Source: an uncultured Chroococcidiopsis sp.
GTDB taxonomy: Bacteria; Cyanobacteriota; Cyanobacteriia; Cyanobacteriales; Chroococcidiopsidaceae
NCBI GenBank assembly: GCA_964248365.1
Contig: CAXTYC010000002.1
Span: forward strand, 1-64,000
Direction: 5' to 3'
Length of the DNA: 64,000 nucleotides
In this document: positions 18,325 through 29,414 of the stretch, one piece after another
How the letters are laid out: every line of letters starts with the position of its first letter
Numbering within the stretch: the first letter of the stretch is position 1
Notes under the pieces: model-generated
Told to the model about the DNA's origin: nothing
Seen by the model: only the letters and a program-made list of their open reading frames with translations
The model's database searches: none
Made by a program: the position numbers and the translations under genes

Positions 18325-19518
18325 GTGAAAGCAATTACTCTGCTTGGCTCTACTGGATCTATTGGTACGCAAACACTTGATATCGTGGCGCAGTACCCCG
18401 AACAGTTTCGGATTGTCGGATTAGCGGCGGGACGAAACGTTGAGATGCTGGCGGCGCAAATTCGCTCCTTCCGACCTAAAATAGCCGCTATCTGTGAAGA
18501 AGATAAATTACCCCAACTACAAGAAGCGATCGCACACCTTGACTACAAGCCAATCCTACTCGCAGGCGTTGCTGGGATAATTGAAGTTGCTCGCTACGGT
18601 GAAGCCGAAACCGTAGTTACAGGTATTGTCGGCTGTGCTGGTTTACTACCCACCATTGCCGCAATTGAAGCAGGCAAAGATATTGCCCTAGCAAACAAAG
18701 AAACTCTAATTGCTGGTGGACCAGTTGTTCTACCCTTAGTAGAGAAACATCGAGTAAAACTATTACCCGCTGACTCAGAGCATTCAGCAATATTTCAATG
18801 TCTGCAAGGAGTACCAAAAGATGGCTTGCGGAAAATTCTGCTGACAGCTTCTGGGGGAGCTTTCCGCGATTTACCTGTAGAGAAGTTAGCACAAGTAAAA
18901 GTTGCCGATGCCCTAAAACATCCCAATTGGTCGATGGGACGCAAAATCACCATAGATTCAGCCACATTGATGAATAAAGGGCTAGAAGTAATCGAGGCTC
19001 ACTTTTTGTTTGGACTCGAATACGATCGCATTGAAATCGTCATCCATCCCCAAAGCATTATCCACTCGCTAATTGAGTTACAAGATACTTCGGTATTAGC
19101 ACAGCTAGGTTGGGCTGATATGCGCTTACCTTTACTCTATGCCTTATCCTATCCCGAACGTATCTATACTGATTGGGAAAGATTGGATTTAGTCAAAGCT
19201 GGCAATTTAACCTTTAAAGCACCGGATCATCAGAAGTATCCTTGTATGCAACTAGCATACACCGCAGGTCGCACAGGTGGATCGATGCCAGCTGTATTGA
19301 ATGCAGCGAATGAGCAAGCAGTAGCACTATTTTTAGAAGAAAAAATCGAATTTTTGGATATTCCCCGTTGTATTGAACGAGTGTGCGATCGCCACCAGTC
19401 CGATCACTGTTCCAATCCTTCTTTAGATGACATTGTAGCAGCAGATCAATGGGCAAGACAAGAAGCTTTGGCAGCAAGTGAGATGTTGAACAGAGGCGAT
19501 CGCCTAATCTCCCTTTGA
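18325..19518 (+). CDS. dxr: 1-deoxy-D-xylulose-5-phosphate reductoisomerase
   Basis: [44 protein letters not shown]. Confidence 0.97.
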   Translation: MKAITLLGSTGSIGTQTLDIVAQYPEQFRIVGLAAGRNVEMLAAQIRSFRPKIAAICEEDKLPQLQEAIAHLDYKPILLAGVAGIIEVARYGEAETVVTGIVGCAGLLPTIAAIEAGKDIALANKETLIAGGPVVLPLVEKHRVKLLPADSEHSAIFQCLQGVPKDGLRKILLTASGGAFRDLPVEKLAQVKVADALKHPNWSMGRKITIDSATLMNKGLEVIEAHFLFGLEYDRIEIVIHPQSIIHSLIELQDTSVLAQLGWADMRLPLLYALSYPERIYTDWERLDLVKAGNLTFKAPDHQKYPCMQLAYTAGRTGGSMPAVLNAANEQAVALFLEEKIEFLDIPRCIERVCDRHQSDHCSNPSLDDIVAADQWARQEALAASEMLNRGDRLISL

Positions 19519-19526
19519 TTATCAGT

Positions 19527-20772
19527 TCAACAGTTGCCAGTGACTGCTAACTGGTAGTTGGTAGTTGGTAACTGATAACTGATAACTGATAACTGATAAC
19601 TGGTATTAGTAATAGCAGTAATAAATTCTTCTAACAAACCTCCTAGCACTTCGTATCCTGCTACTTGTACCTCAACAACTGCACAGGAATCATAAACATT
19701 TTTACGTGTAAATTCAATGATTTCTTTTAATTTATTGTCTGACTCTAGTTTAGTAGTTAAAGGAAAATCAAAACTACCAGATAGTATTTCACTTTCACAA
19801 TCAAGAAAGACTTGTTTAACTTCTATAATTAACTTATGAATTGCTTTTGCTCGGAAATAGACGTTTTCTTTTTTATCAGATTCTAAATGTTCTAATTGTT
19901 CTTTTTTCAAAACACCATAAAGCAAATGACTTGCTTCATCATAAGTAATACACCCCATGCGAAATCCGTCTTCTAAATCTACAATGTGATAACAAATGTC
20001 GTCGGCGGCTTCTACCAAAAAAACCAGCGGAGGCGCTGCACCAGATGGCTAAATTTTATTCTCGACGTATTAATCCTACTTCATTAGCAATTTGTGCGAA
20101 AAAATCTTTATCATCTTGAAAAAAACCGTGTTTTTTAGTACTTTTATTATCTTCAATTGCATTATAATGATTAAAAAATATACTATTAATACCAGCTTCC
20201 CTGGGGTATTTAGTAAAAGTAGCAAGCATAGCACAAGTAAACTGTAAACCCTGAAGATTTGGTCGGCTTAACTTAGTTAATATTCTAAATCCTGGGGCAT
20301 TTCCTTCAAACTTTTGAAAATCGGCTTGTTGCCTTGATGATAAACTTGAGAGTACTGAAACTGCTAGAGGAGACTTAAACCACTCTTGGATAGCATCAAC
20401 ACCTGCATGACCAAAAGGTGGATTTCCGATATCATGTGCAAGACAAGTAGCAGCCAAAATATCACCAAAATCCCTAGAGTCAAAACCTGTTAATTCTACC
20501 GAATACCTTTTAACAATTTCCTTACCAACAAGAGTACCCCTTCTTCCTACACAGCTTGACTCAAGACTATGACTTAATCTGCTACGAACATAATCATTAT
20601 CAACCAATGAAAAAACCTGAGTTTTATCTTTCAACCTTCTAAGATAAGAAGAAAAAATAATTTTATCGAAATCTTTTTCAAACGCAGTACGCCCAGCATC
20701 GGCAATATATTCTACCTCACCCATTAACCGACTACGAGATAAAAGCTTACTCCAGCGCATAGGTAATACCAT
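19527..20772 (-). pseudogene. dgt: dGTP triphosphohydrolase (HD-domain dGTPase) pseudogene
   Basis: RRLKDKTQVF, RSRLSHSLE and HDIGNPPFGH in 20056-20772; VEAADDICY in another frame (19527-20018); premature TAA plus frameshift at ~20020-20058; 3' end runs into heptamer repeats. Confidence 0.85.
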
Positions 20773-21035
20773 TTTGGATTTTGGATTTTTAAACCCTTAT
20801 AATGCGCTAATTTCAGCAATGCATTTGTCTCATTATTTTTACAAATTGGTGTAACATAGCTATTTCTTAATTAAAAATTATGATAATATATAGTTAAATT
20901 CGCTCTCTTGGTGGGGATGGGTGGCATACAGAAAATCTCTTCCTATCTTCTTTGCGCCTTTGCGTCTTTGCGCGACAAAAATCTTAAGAAATTTCAGCTA
21001 TATTCCAAGATAAATACCCTATCCGATGCTGACTA

Positions 21036-21254
21036 ATGCCCCTTGAGTTAATTACTTTAATTGCAGCCTTAATTGTGTCATGGCTGGTATTCACCGCCTT
21101 AATAAAGCTGGTGAAAACAACTATTCCTCCAGCGATCGCAATTGCCGCTATTATACTCATATTACAACTAGCCTTTGGCATTGCTCCTCAAGCGCTTTGG
21201 CAGGAAATTACTCAACTACCTAAAATTGTCTCCCATCTAATTACAGGGAAATGA
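21036..21254 (+). CDS. Small two-TM hypothetical membrane protein
   Basis: 72-aa ORF with two hydrophobic helices. Confidence 0.7.
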   Translation: MPLELITLIAALIVSWLVFTALIKLVKTTIPPAIAIAAIILILQLAFGIAPQALWQEITQLPKIVSHLITGK

Positions 21255-21336
21255 CTTTACGAGTGCAATTGAGCTAGTTAACACACCTAGGGTAAAACAG
21301 ATATACTCTACAAGTGTTCTACTTCTCAAGCTATCT

Positions 21337-22017
21337 GTGAGTTTCATTCCTACGCCGAATTCGCTCAGGAAGTTGGATGCACGACCACGACTACTTATTT
21401 CTATAATAGTCTCTGGATTAGTCGGCATTCTACTACCACACTGGTTACACCTGCCAACTCGTATCATTATCGCCTGGAACTTTGGCGTTATCTGCTTTTT
21501 GGCAATGGCTTGGTCAATGATGATTCGTGCTACTCCTGAAAAAATGCGCCGTAACGCCCAACGACAGGATGACGGGCGCTTGGCAATCTTGGGGCTTGTA
21601 GTAACCGCAGCCTGTATCAGCCTTTTTGCTATTGGTGTAATGCTTAAAAACACCAAAGATCTTACTTTAACTATACTAACGCTTCATGTAACACTTGCGG
21701 GGATGACAGTTATTTGCTCTTGGTTACTCATACACACGATGTTTGCTGGACACTATGCTCATCTCTACTACCGAAATGACAGCGAGAGTGCAAATGACGA
21801 TAATGCTAAATGCTTAGATTTTCCCCAAGAAAACCAGCCGGATTATTGGGACTTTTTATATTTTTCTTTTGTTATTGGGATGACTTGTCAGGTTGCAGAT
21901 GTTAGCATTACATCACGCGCTATTAGAAAATTAGCACTAGTGCATGGGGTGTTAACCTTTTTTTTCAATACAGTAATTCTGGCAATTAGTATCAATATTA
22001 TTGCTGGGTTAATTTAA
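21337..22017 (+). CDS. DUF1345 domain membrane protein
   Basis: HTMFAGHYAHLYY, PDYWDFLYFSFVIGMTCQVADV, FFFNTVILA. Confidence 0.88.
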   Translation: MSFIPTPNSLRKLDARPRLLISIIVSGLVGILLPHWLHLPTRIIIAWNFGVICFLAMAWSMMIRATPEKMRRNAQRQDDGRLAILGLVVTAACISLFAIGVMLKNTKDLTLTILTLHVTLAGMTVICSWLLIHTMFAGHYAHLYYRNDSESANDDNAKCLDFPQENQPDYWDFLYFSFVIGMTCQVADVSITSRAIRKLALVHGVLTFFFNTVILAISINIIAGLI

Positions 22018-22212
22018 AGCGTAGAATCTATTTTTGCCATGCGTCTATTAAGGCAATAAAAAAGCCTCCTATGTAGAGCAGGAGGGCATAGGTTTGTGGT
22101 GTGAGGAGTAGACGTATGTCTCTCATAAATAAACAATAAGTTGTAGATATGGCAATAAAGTGGCATTTACATGGCAATATTGTCACAACTTGATGTTGAG
22201 TAATTGTTACTA

Positions 22213-22980
22213 TTACGTTAGTCCCATCCATTCTTGGGTAGCACTTGTCTGCGCCTGCACTAAGGTTTGTCGTAGTTTCTCCCAATCCACCTGACTATTG
22301 GGTGTATTCAAAATTAACTCACACTCTTGGAGATACAAAACTTGTGTGCAAAATTGCTGTGCTAGCTCTAGTTGGTGATTAACCATCAAAATTGTAGTTT
22401 GACTATTAGTAGCTAGGTGGGTTAAAATTTCTATTAGGTAGGATGCTCGACCTGCATCTAAGGCAGAGGTAGGCTCATCTAATAAAAGAATTTTGGGTTG
22501 AATCATTAAAGCCCTTGCGATCGCTACAAGTTGTCGTTGTCCAACCGAAAGTTGTAATTCTGTCTTCTCTAGCCATTCTAGGGGAATATGCAACTGCTCA
22601 ATTGTGTAAGATAATCGTTGCCCAATCTCTGAACGCGGCAAACCCCGTAAAACTAGGGGATACTTTAATGCTTCATATACTGTCATCCCCAACAGCTTCG
22701 ACTCTTGCAGTACTAGCGTTACCTGTTGGCGTAGCTGGATAACTGGAATTTGCCGATACTCTTGATTTTCTAAATAAATTGAACCAGATGTCGGTTCACT
22801 CAGTCGGTTTAATAACCGTAGCAAAGAAGTTTTACCCGCACCCGATGGACCAATAATTGCAATGCGCGAACCTTTGAACACCTCAAAGGAAATATTAGTC
22901 AATCGGGGCGTACCTATATCCTGAGAACCGACCGATGTAGATAGACTGACTTGTTCTAGTCGCAGTTGTGCTGCTGACAC
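22213..22980 (-). CDS. ABC transporter ATP-binding protein
   Basis: Walker A GPSGAGKT, signature LSVGQRQ, Walker B LLLDEPT. Confidence 0.92.
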   Translation of the reverse strand: MSAAQLRLEQVSLSTSVGSQDIGTPRLTNISFEVFKGSRIAIIGPSGAGKTSLLRLLNRLSEPTSGSIYLENQEYRQIPVIQLRQQVTLVLQESKLLGMTVYEALKYPLVLRGLPRSEIGQRLSYTIEQLHIPLEWLEKTELQLSVGQRQLVAIARALMIQPKILLLDEPTSALDAGRASYLIEILTHLATNSQTTILMVNHQLELAQQFCTQVLYLQECELILNTPNSQVDWEKLRQTLVQAQTSATQEWMGLT

Positions 22981-23008
22981 TTGCTACCCCATCCAAATTG
23001 ACTATTAA

Positions 23009-23572
23009 TTAGGTTAAACTGACAGATGCGATCGCAACTGTAATTGTCCACATATCCACCAACAACAGCAGCCAGGTAAAGCCCAACAAAATGAAATACA
23101 TCCAAGGCTGCGCTAACGGTTTGACATCAGTCGTGTCAATTCCTGTCTTCGCTTGCACAAGGCTTACGAACTTGGCAAAGCCAGATACACGCATCGGTAG
23201 TAAATAAGCTTTCCCCTCCTTACTTAAGAAATAATAAACTAGTCCACCTTGACCAGTAGTACGAGGTTTTAATTCCTTCACCTCAGACCAAGGTAACAAC
23301 CAACCTTTACGAAAAAAACGCTTAACCCAACCAGGATATGTTACCTGAATTCCCTGGTCATCTAAAATCACTCGTTCACTCAATACAGCATACAAAGCAA
23401 CTGCACCCAAACCCAGCCCTACAAATAACAATGCTGGTGGAATAGGTGCTGCTGTTACCTGTGCCAAGAAAGGTAACGGTATAGTCAAAGCTATATATAG
23501 ACTCAACAGCGTGATTCTAATTAAAGGAGACAGACGAAAGATAGAAGGTAAATTATTGGCTGATACTGTCAC
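23009..23572 (-). CDS. Hypothetical membrane protein
   Basis: 187-aa ORF with three TM segments, 28 bp upstream of and co-oriented with the ABC ATPase. Confidence 0.75.
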   Translation of the reverse strand: MTVSANNLPSIFRLSPLIRITLLSLYIALTIPLPFLAQVTAAPIPPALLFVGLGLGAVALYAVLSERVILDDQGIQVTYPGWVKRFFRKGWLLPWSEVKELKPRTTGQGGLVYYFLSKEGKAYLLPMRVSGFAKFVSLVQAKTGIDTTDVKPLAQPWMYFILLGFTWLLLLVDMWTITVAIASVSLT

Positions 23573-23776
23573 GACTTAATCATCTTTGGGTTTAAGTAAA
23601 TACTAACTGCATACCAAGGCATAAAGGTGGCATTGCCCATTTTACATATACGTGCAATCAGTATGCCACCCATGCCCACCATATATATAGGCAAACCGTA
23701 TGTATACTTTGGCATTCGTTTTCTATCAACCAATATTAGCTGCTACCCTACGGTTATCAAGATTTCGAGACTACCA

Positions 23777-24352
23777 ATGACTGCCCTTATTCTCAACTTA
23801 AGCCCCACCATTGAGCTAACAGATGAGCAGTTTTTCCAACTGTATCAGCATAATCGAGATTTGCGCCTTGAGCGTACAGCACAGGGAGAATTAATTATCA
23901 TGCCACCAACGGGATGGAAAAGCGGAAACCAAAACAGCAGACTAACACAGCGTTTAGGAAATTGGACAGACGCTGATGGAACAGGATTGGCTTTCGATTC
24001 TTCAACGGCTTTTATTCTCCCCAATGGTGCAACTCGTTCTCCTGATGCTTCCTGGGTAAGACGGGAAAGATTAGAAGCTCTAAATCCTGATCCTACAAGA
24101 TTTTTACCAATGGCTCCCGATTTTGCTGTCGAATTACGCTCAGCTCCCGACAACTTGAAGACAGTGCAACAAAAAATGCAGGAGTATCTTGAAAATGGGG
24201 TGCGTTTGGGATGGCTAATTGATCCTCCTCATCAACAAGTGGAAATTTACCGATTAGGGCAGGATGTGGAGGTGTTGCGATCGCCTACTAGTTTATCAGG
24301 AGAAGATGTATTACTTGGATTTGTGCTGGAGTTGACATCTTTTTTGAGCTAG
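23777..24352 (+). CDS. Uma2 (DUF820) family endonuclease
   Basis: GELIIMPP, FDSS, RSPDASWV, PDFAVELRS, KMQEYLENGVRLGWLIDP; ATG at 23777. Confidence 0.92.
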   Translation: MTALILNLSPTIELTDEQFFQLYQHNRDLRLERTAQGELIIMPPTGWKSGNQNSRLTQRLGNWTDADGTGLAFDSSTAFILPNGATRSPDASWVRRERLEALNPDPTRFLPMAPDFAVELRSAPDNLKTVQQKMQEYLENGVRLGWLIDPPHQQVEIYRLGQDVEVLRSPTSLSGEDVLLGFVLELTSFLS

Positions 24353-24389
24353 GCGATAGATGCGGCGACATCTGATAAATTGGAAACAG

Positions 24390-26171
24390 TCAAGGAGCCG
24401 TAGTAGCCGGATACGATCCTTTCAGCTTATATACTTTAGCTGCCTCTACATCAAGCGCCCAAGCTTTAATCTTGGCATTTTTTGGCAGAACAGACGTAAA
24501 TGTACCGCTCCAACCAGAGTGTATGTAAGCAGTATTGCCCAGCAACTGTTGCACGTCAAGCCGCTCACCGCCTACTGGTAAAACTTTAAACGCATTTGCC
24601 CCTGTTGGGGTGTCGTAAGTTAGTACTACAGCATCAGCGGGACGATTTGACCTGACCAAGATTGCCCAGCCACTGGCTAGATACTGATTGTTATCTTGCG
24701 GTATCAGAGCGTCGAAAAAGCCGTTGCTAGTGTTATTAGTCGTGCTGTCTTTCAGGTGACTAGTAGTTAATAATGGCGGATGCATTAATCCTAAGTGGTT
24801 GGCAGCATTGGCTACTACCCGCAAGTAGTCAATACCACCAAAGTTGATACTACTGTTGTACATTCCCCAATAAAGCTTGTGTTCGATGCACTCAGCGTCG
24901 GGAGCAACATTAATAAATAACAAACAAGCTTTAGCAAACAGTCGATCCTGTCGCGTCTGCTGCATTTGTGCCACTGCGTAGATGAAAGTAAAGCTGTGCA
25001 AAAACAGCAACACTATAGTTAAAACTGTAGTCACTTGTTTAACCAAGCTGTGGTAGCCTGACAACTTTATGCGCTTGTCGCTAAGTGCGATCGCTACTCC
25101 ATAGATAACAGACACAAACCCGTAAATCGCAAATGTCGTGTATCTAGACGAAAGTGCTTGCTCGCTACTGAAGCCTACTCTACCAACAGTTGCTATCAAA
25201 GCGCTGGCGATCGCATAGACACCTAAGCACAGCCAGACAACTCCCCGTTGCCGCAATTCGGATTCTTAGCAGTATCTCAACCAATAAAGACAAAATAAGC
25301 AGTACAAAGCGAACACCACTGCACCAATAATTACTGCTTGGTGGGGTGCTTGTAGCGCTGTTCCCCAAGCCAATGGGTTGCCTAAAAACGAGAGAAAATA
25401 AACAATAGCTTGCTCAGGCTGTGCTACTGCGGTCAACAGACTGGGATGGTAGCTAGGTTTGCTGTAGTGGTAAAAGTACACAGATACGTTGAAAACTGCG
25501 GCAGCTACCCAACCTAAAGCCAAACAAAGTTTAAGCGCTAACTTCTGACGAGACTCATAAATATATAGTACAGGGAAGACAACTATCCAAGCAAGAATGC
25601 CATTGGCGAAAGAGAAGGTACTGATTGTAGCCAAGAGTACACACGCCACTAGCTTAATTACTGGCGACACAGAACTAGTAGCTACAACCAGACTAGTGGT
25701 AATACAAGCAAGCGATATGTACACAACATTAGACAAACCGTTCAGCCAAGCTTCGTACTGAATCGGGCTAAACAACAATAAGTTAGTCACCAATGCCAAA
25801 GCGCACACTACTGTTAATCGCCGCGATACGGTTAAATAACTCAACCACATTATATTCAGCGACGTGACACAAGTCATAAAAACCGACACTAGCATTTCCG
25901 CTCTGACATCGTAAGCGGTTAAATAAGCTAAAGCAATGTCAATTAAACGAGGGAAAAATTTGCGACTCTCATTGTGTTGCGCCATCAAGTCACTAAAGGT
26001 GATTTTTCCAGTCATCGCCTTGATAATTGTCTGCGTCACCCACCACTGATCCCACACTGGCACGTTGACGCTGTAGTTAAGTACCAGAATGGCTAAAACA
26101 AAGGCGGGAACAACAACAAATAGACACAAAACGAACCGCCGCTGAGTTAATAGACTTGGAACGCGGGACAT
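24390..26171 (-). pseudogene. Polytopic membrane protein (GT-C glycosyltransferase-like) split by one in-frame TAA
   Basis: ORFs 25266-26171 and 24390-25256 are in the same frame (TAC TGC TAA GAA TCC GAA TTG); motifs PVWDQW, QHNESR, SSRY. Confidence 0.75.
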
Positions 26172-26208
26172 AGTAGGGTTGTACCAAGATTCGTAGAAGG
26201 GAGTTGCT

Positions 26209-26304
26209 GCGGGGATAATGGTGATGCGGCACATCGGACGGGCGACAGACATCCACCACACTACCATCATGCGCTCGATTCTAGCATTGGGCATGAGCTA
26301 TTAA
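26209..26304 (+). mobile_element. Decayed IS1-family InsA-like fragment
   Basis: Plus frame reads MRHIGRATDIHHTTIMRSI, resembling the HTH of cyanobacterial IS1 InsA (xRxIxRVTxIHHTTI). Confidence 0.45.
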
Positions 26305-26377
26305 TATGAGGAGCTTACCCGATAATTGAAAGTAGGGGCAAGCGGCTCCCATTTCTTTCGCTCAAACAAAACCAGCC

Positions 26378-27232
26378 GTGTCTAATAACGAACCTCCGCA
26401 ACATTTACATTTGCTCTCAAGTTTTGAGGTGGGATGGAATGGCTTAAACCTCATCTATGAGCTAGAACCCGTTGACGAAACGCCTGAAACTTATTTTGGT
26501 CAGCATTTTATTGTAATTGCTCTTGATAATTTTCGAGCAAGCTATATGCAAAACGGAAGTTGGCAGCACATTGATTACACCAAGGGTGATATTGCCATTT
26601 TCCCAGCTACCCAGCCGTTTCCCAGGACACAGATCGATCGCGTTGTTCCATTAGTCGAGCTATTTCTCGAACCCGCAAAGGTTGCCTCCACTGCGTGTGA
26701 ATTTGTGGATGCAGATAAAATCGAACTGGCTCTTGGGTTGCAGATACGCGATCCTTTGATTCAACATATGGGGTTGGCACTCAAGGCTGAGCTAGAAGTT
26801 GGGGGCGCAGACAGTCGGCTTTACGCCGAATCAATGGCAGCGGCGCTTTCTGTACATTTGCTACGACGATACTCGGTAAGGAAACAGGAGATTAGAAACT
26901 ATACAGGTGGATTGCCCAAGTCTAAGCTCAAACAAGCGATCGCCTACATTCACGATCATCTAGATCAAAACCTCACCCTGGCTTCCCTGAGTAGCGCGGT
27001 GCATATGAGTCCGCATTATTTTGCTAGTTTATTCAAGCAGTCTACAAAACTTACACCCCATCAGTATGTCACTAAATGCCGAATCGATAAAGCAAAGCAG
27101 TTATTGGCTAGGCACGATTTGACACTTGTAGAAATCTGTCACTCTGTCGGCTTTCAAAATCAAAGTCATTTCACCAGAGTCTTTCGCCAATACACCACAA
27201 CCACACCCAAGGCATATCGGGATGCAATGTAA
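26378..27232 (+). CDS. AraC family transcriptional regulator
   Basis: C-terminal double HTH: MSPHYFASLFKQS...VGFQNQSHFTRVFRQ...PKAYR. Confidence 0.93.
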   Translation: MSNNEPPQHLHLLSSFEVGWNGLNLIYELEPVDETPETYFGQHFIVIALDNFRASYMQNGSWQHIDYTKGDIAIFPATQPFPRTQIDRVVPLVELFLEPAKVASTACEFVDADKIELALGLQIRDPLIQHMGLALKAELEVGGADSRLYAESMAAALSVHLLRRYSVRKQEIRNYTGGLPKSKLKQAIAYIHDHLDQNLTLASLSSAVHMSPHYFASLFKQSTKLTPHQYVTKCRIDKAKQLLARHDLTLVEICHSVGFQNQSHFTRVFRQYTTTTPKAYRDAM

Positions 27233-27827
27233 ATAGCTTATTTAACCCCACTAGTGAACCGAAATTAATAACTGGTAACTGGTAACTGGTAACTGATTTC
27301 ATTCGGGTTGCTGTCAGCCGAATTATTAAGAAAAGTTGTGATAGAGGCAATTGTTAAGAAATTATTTTTGAGAAAAATTTACACTTCTTATAAAAAAGGA
27401 GCTTATTGAGGCTATTCTCAAGAGTTAATCGGAATATTTCTTATTTAACTAACGAATTATTAGGGGTTGACCAATTGTAAAAAAACTGTTTTAATTAATT
27501 TCAGTAAAAATTTTTATAATGGAAATCAGTTTGCTTATATAAGGTCATTAAACAGATTAATAATATAAGTAATAATAACACAGGCTATCGACAATATATA
27601 AACAGAAAGACGATTGCCAAAAACTTGAGAAGATTAGAAGAATTTTTGGAGGAATAGGCAAGACAGGGACGAGGGGCGATCGCTAAACTTAGTACCTATC
27701 AGCAATAGCCTGGTGATGATTTCTATAGAAGCGTGTGGTAAGGTTTCCTCACCGCCATAAGCTTCGTAGTTTTCTCGCGCTTGGCGATTGTAGAATTCGA
27801 TTGTTGTAATTCGCTCAAAATTTTGAA

Positions 27828-28334
27828 ATGAACACAGCCATTCCCATATCTACTCTCTTCATTGGGCTTAACGGTCTGACTGCCCTTGTACTCTCATATA
27901 TTGTGGTAATGGAACGGACGAGAACAAGGGTTTGGCATGGTGAGTCAAAAGAGGATGTTGTGATGCAACCTGACCCTCTGGCTAACCCGAAGGCATGGGT
28001 ATCTAGAGTCGAAAGTGTAAGTCAAAAGCTCATCAAAACCCAAACGAAGGATGAGGGTATTTTACAGCGCAAAGTCCGCGCCTTTGGGAATTTTACAGAA
28101 TATGTGCCGCTGGGACTGCTTTTCATTATGACGTTGGAGTTAATGCATTCGCCCTGGGGGCTGTTATGGCTATTAGGAGGTACACTCACCTTCGCCCGAA
28201 TTATTTACGCATGGGGTGTGATCAAGATTTATGGACCGTCTGTAGGTCGAGCGATTGGCTTTTTTGCTACCTGGTTTGTCTATGTGGTGGGTGCGATCGC
28301 CTGTGTTTATTACGGCTTTTTGGGTGTAATCTAA
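27828..28334 (+). CDS. MAPEG family membrane protein
   Basis: RAFGNFTEYVP motif and TM helices. Confidence 0.85.
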   Translation: MNTAIPISTLFIGLNGLTALVLSYIVVMERTRTRVWHGESKEDVVMQPDPLANPKAWVSRVESVSQKLIKTQTKDEGILQRKVRAFGNFTEYVPLGLLFIMTLELMHSPWGLLWLLGGTLTFARIIYAWGVIKIYGPSVGRAIGFFATWFVYVVGAIACVYYGFLGVI

Positions 28335-28362
28335 CGCTTTCTATATCATTTATCAGGACAGC

Positions 28363-28800
28363 TTAGGGTAGATATTTTTGCACCACACTCCAGCCACTAA
28401 GGGACACCCACACCAATCCTATAAATAGGATAATATTTGTCCAAACGTGGAGACTTCGCGCCCAAGTTCGTCCAGCACCAATTTGGGTAGCACTTGCAGC
28501 TGAGAGTAAAACTAACCCCACTACGACTAACCCAGCTATTAGGTGTTGGGAATGACCCAGCGAGCCAAAATGTCCCAGTGTGCCAACAATACCAATACCT
28601 AATAGTAGCAAGACTAAAAGCACCATACTACCACCGATCGCCATATGGAGACTTCGCAACTCTTCTGGGCGTGGACTACGAGTTTTTCTAGCTCTAAACA
28701 TCCAAACGCCAGTCACCGCTAACAGCAAATACGCTAGCAGCGACAAGCCCATTGACCAGGCGGCTATTTTCCACAACCAAATAAACGACGGTAAATTCAA
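28363..28800 (-). CDS. DUF4079 family membrane protein
   Basis: LWKIAAWSMGLS, GTLGHFGSLGHSQH, GWSVVQKYLP. Confidence 0.78.
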   Translation of the reverse strand: MNLPSFIWLWKIAAWSMGLSLLAYLLLAVTGVWMFRARKTRSPRPEELRSLHMAIGGSMVLLVLLLLGIGIVGTLGHFGSLGHSQHLIAGLVVVGLVLLSAASATQIGAGRTWARSLHVWTNIILFIGLVWVSLSGWSVVQKYLP

Positions 28801-28961
28801 CTTTTATGACCCAACCGAAAGACAAGATGCTATTTTTAAACCATAGCTACCTTAGCGCTTCCGGCTGGTCAGTAAGAGTCTTTCTAGCGAAAGAATTTTT
28901 ATGATTTTTTTTATTAGGGTTGCCGAGGGTTAGCAGCCCCTACAATAATGCATCTGATTTT

Positions 28962-29327
28962 CTAATCAACAGTGGTTAAAACAGCGGCTGTAAGATTGAT
29001 AGAATTTTGGCTATTGTTATGGTCGGTTGCTTTTGACGCTGCTTGCTGACTTATATCCGCAGAAGGACTTTCTTCTAGAAGACACAGACGCTCACAGGGT
29101 ATGTGATCGGATAGAATGGCGCTTGCCATCATTCCTGTATGAATTTCGAGCAAAGAATGTGGTGGAGCTTGAAACACAAGTCGTTGACCTGGAAACACCA
29201 CCCGCTCATAATACCAATTGGGAATATTTGATATCCGAGCGATCTGAATCTTGCTGGTAGCATTGACATAGCAGCAAACAAGGTGACTAGCGTGCTCTGG
29301 GGGTAAAGAATCTAAAATTTGAGCCAT
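28962..29327 (-). CDS. DUF1830 domain protein
   Basis: CCYVNATSKIQIARI, ERVVFPGQRLVF, LEIH, IPCERL; start at ATG 29327 or 29342. Confidence 0.85.
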   Translation of the reverse strand: MAQILDSLPPEHASHLVCCYVNATSKIQIARISNIPNWYYERVVFPGQRLVFQAPPHSLLEIHTGMMASAILSDHIPCERLCLLEESPSADISQQAASKATDHNNSQNSINLTAAVLTTVD

Positions 29328-29371
29328 AACTGCACTGGACATGGGAGCTACACTTGGACTATTACACTTCC

Positions 29372-29414
29372 AAGCTAACATTGCTTGATCCCCAGTTGCT
29401 GTAATCCCCACTAC
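29372..29414 (-). promoter_or_regulatory. Candidate NtcA-activated promoter of the DUF1830 gene
   Basis: GTA-N8-TAC at 29401-29414, then 23 nt to TAGCTT (TAN3T) at 29377-29372 on the minus strand. Confidence 0.45.
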
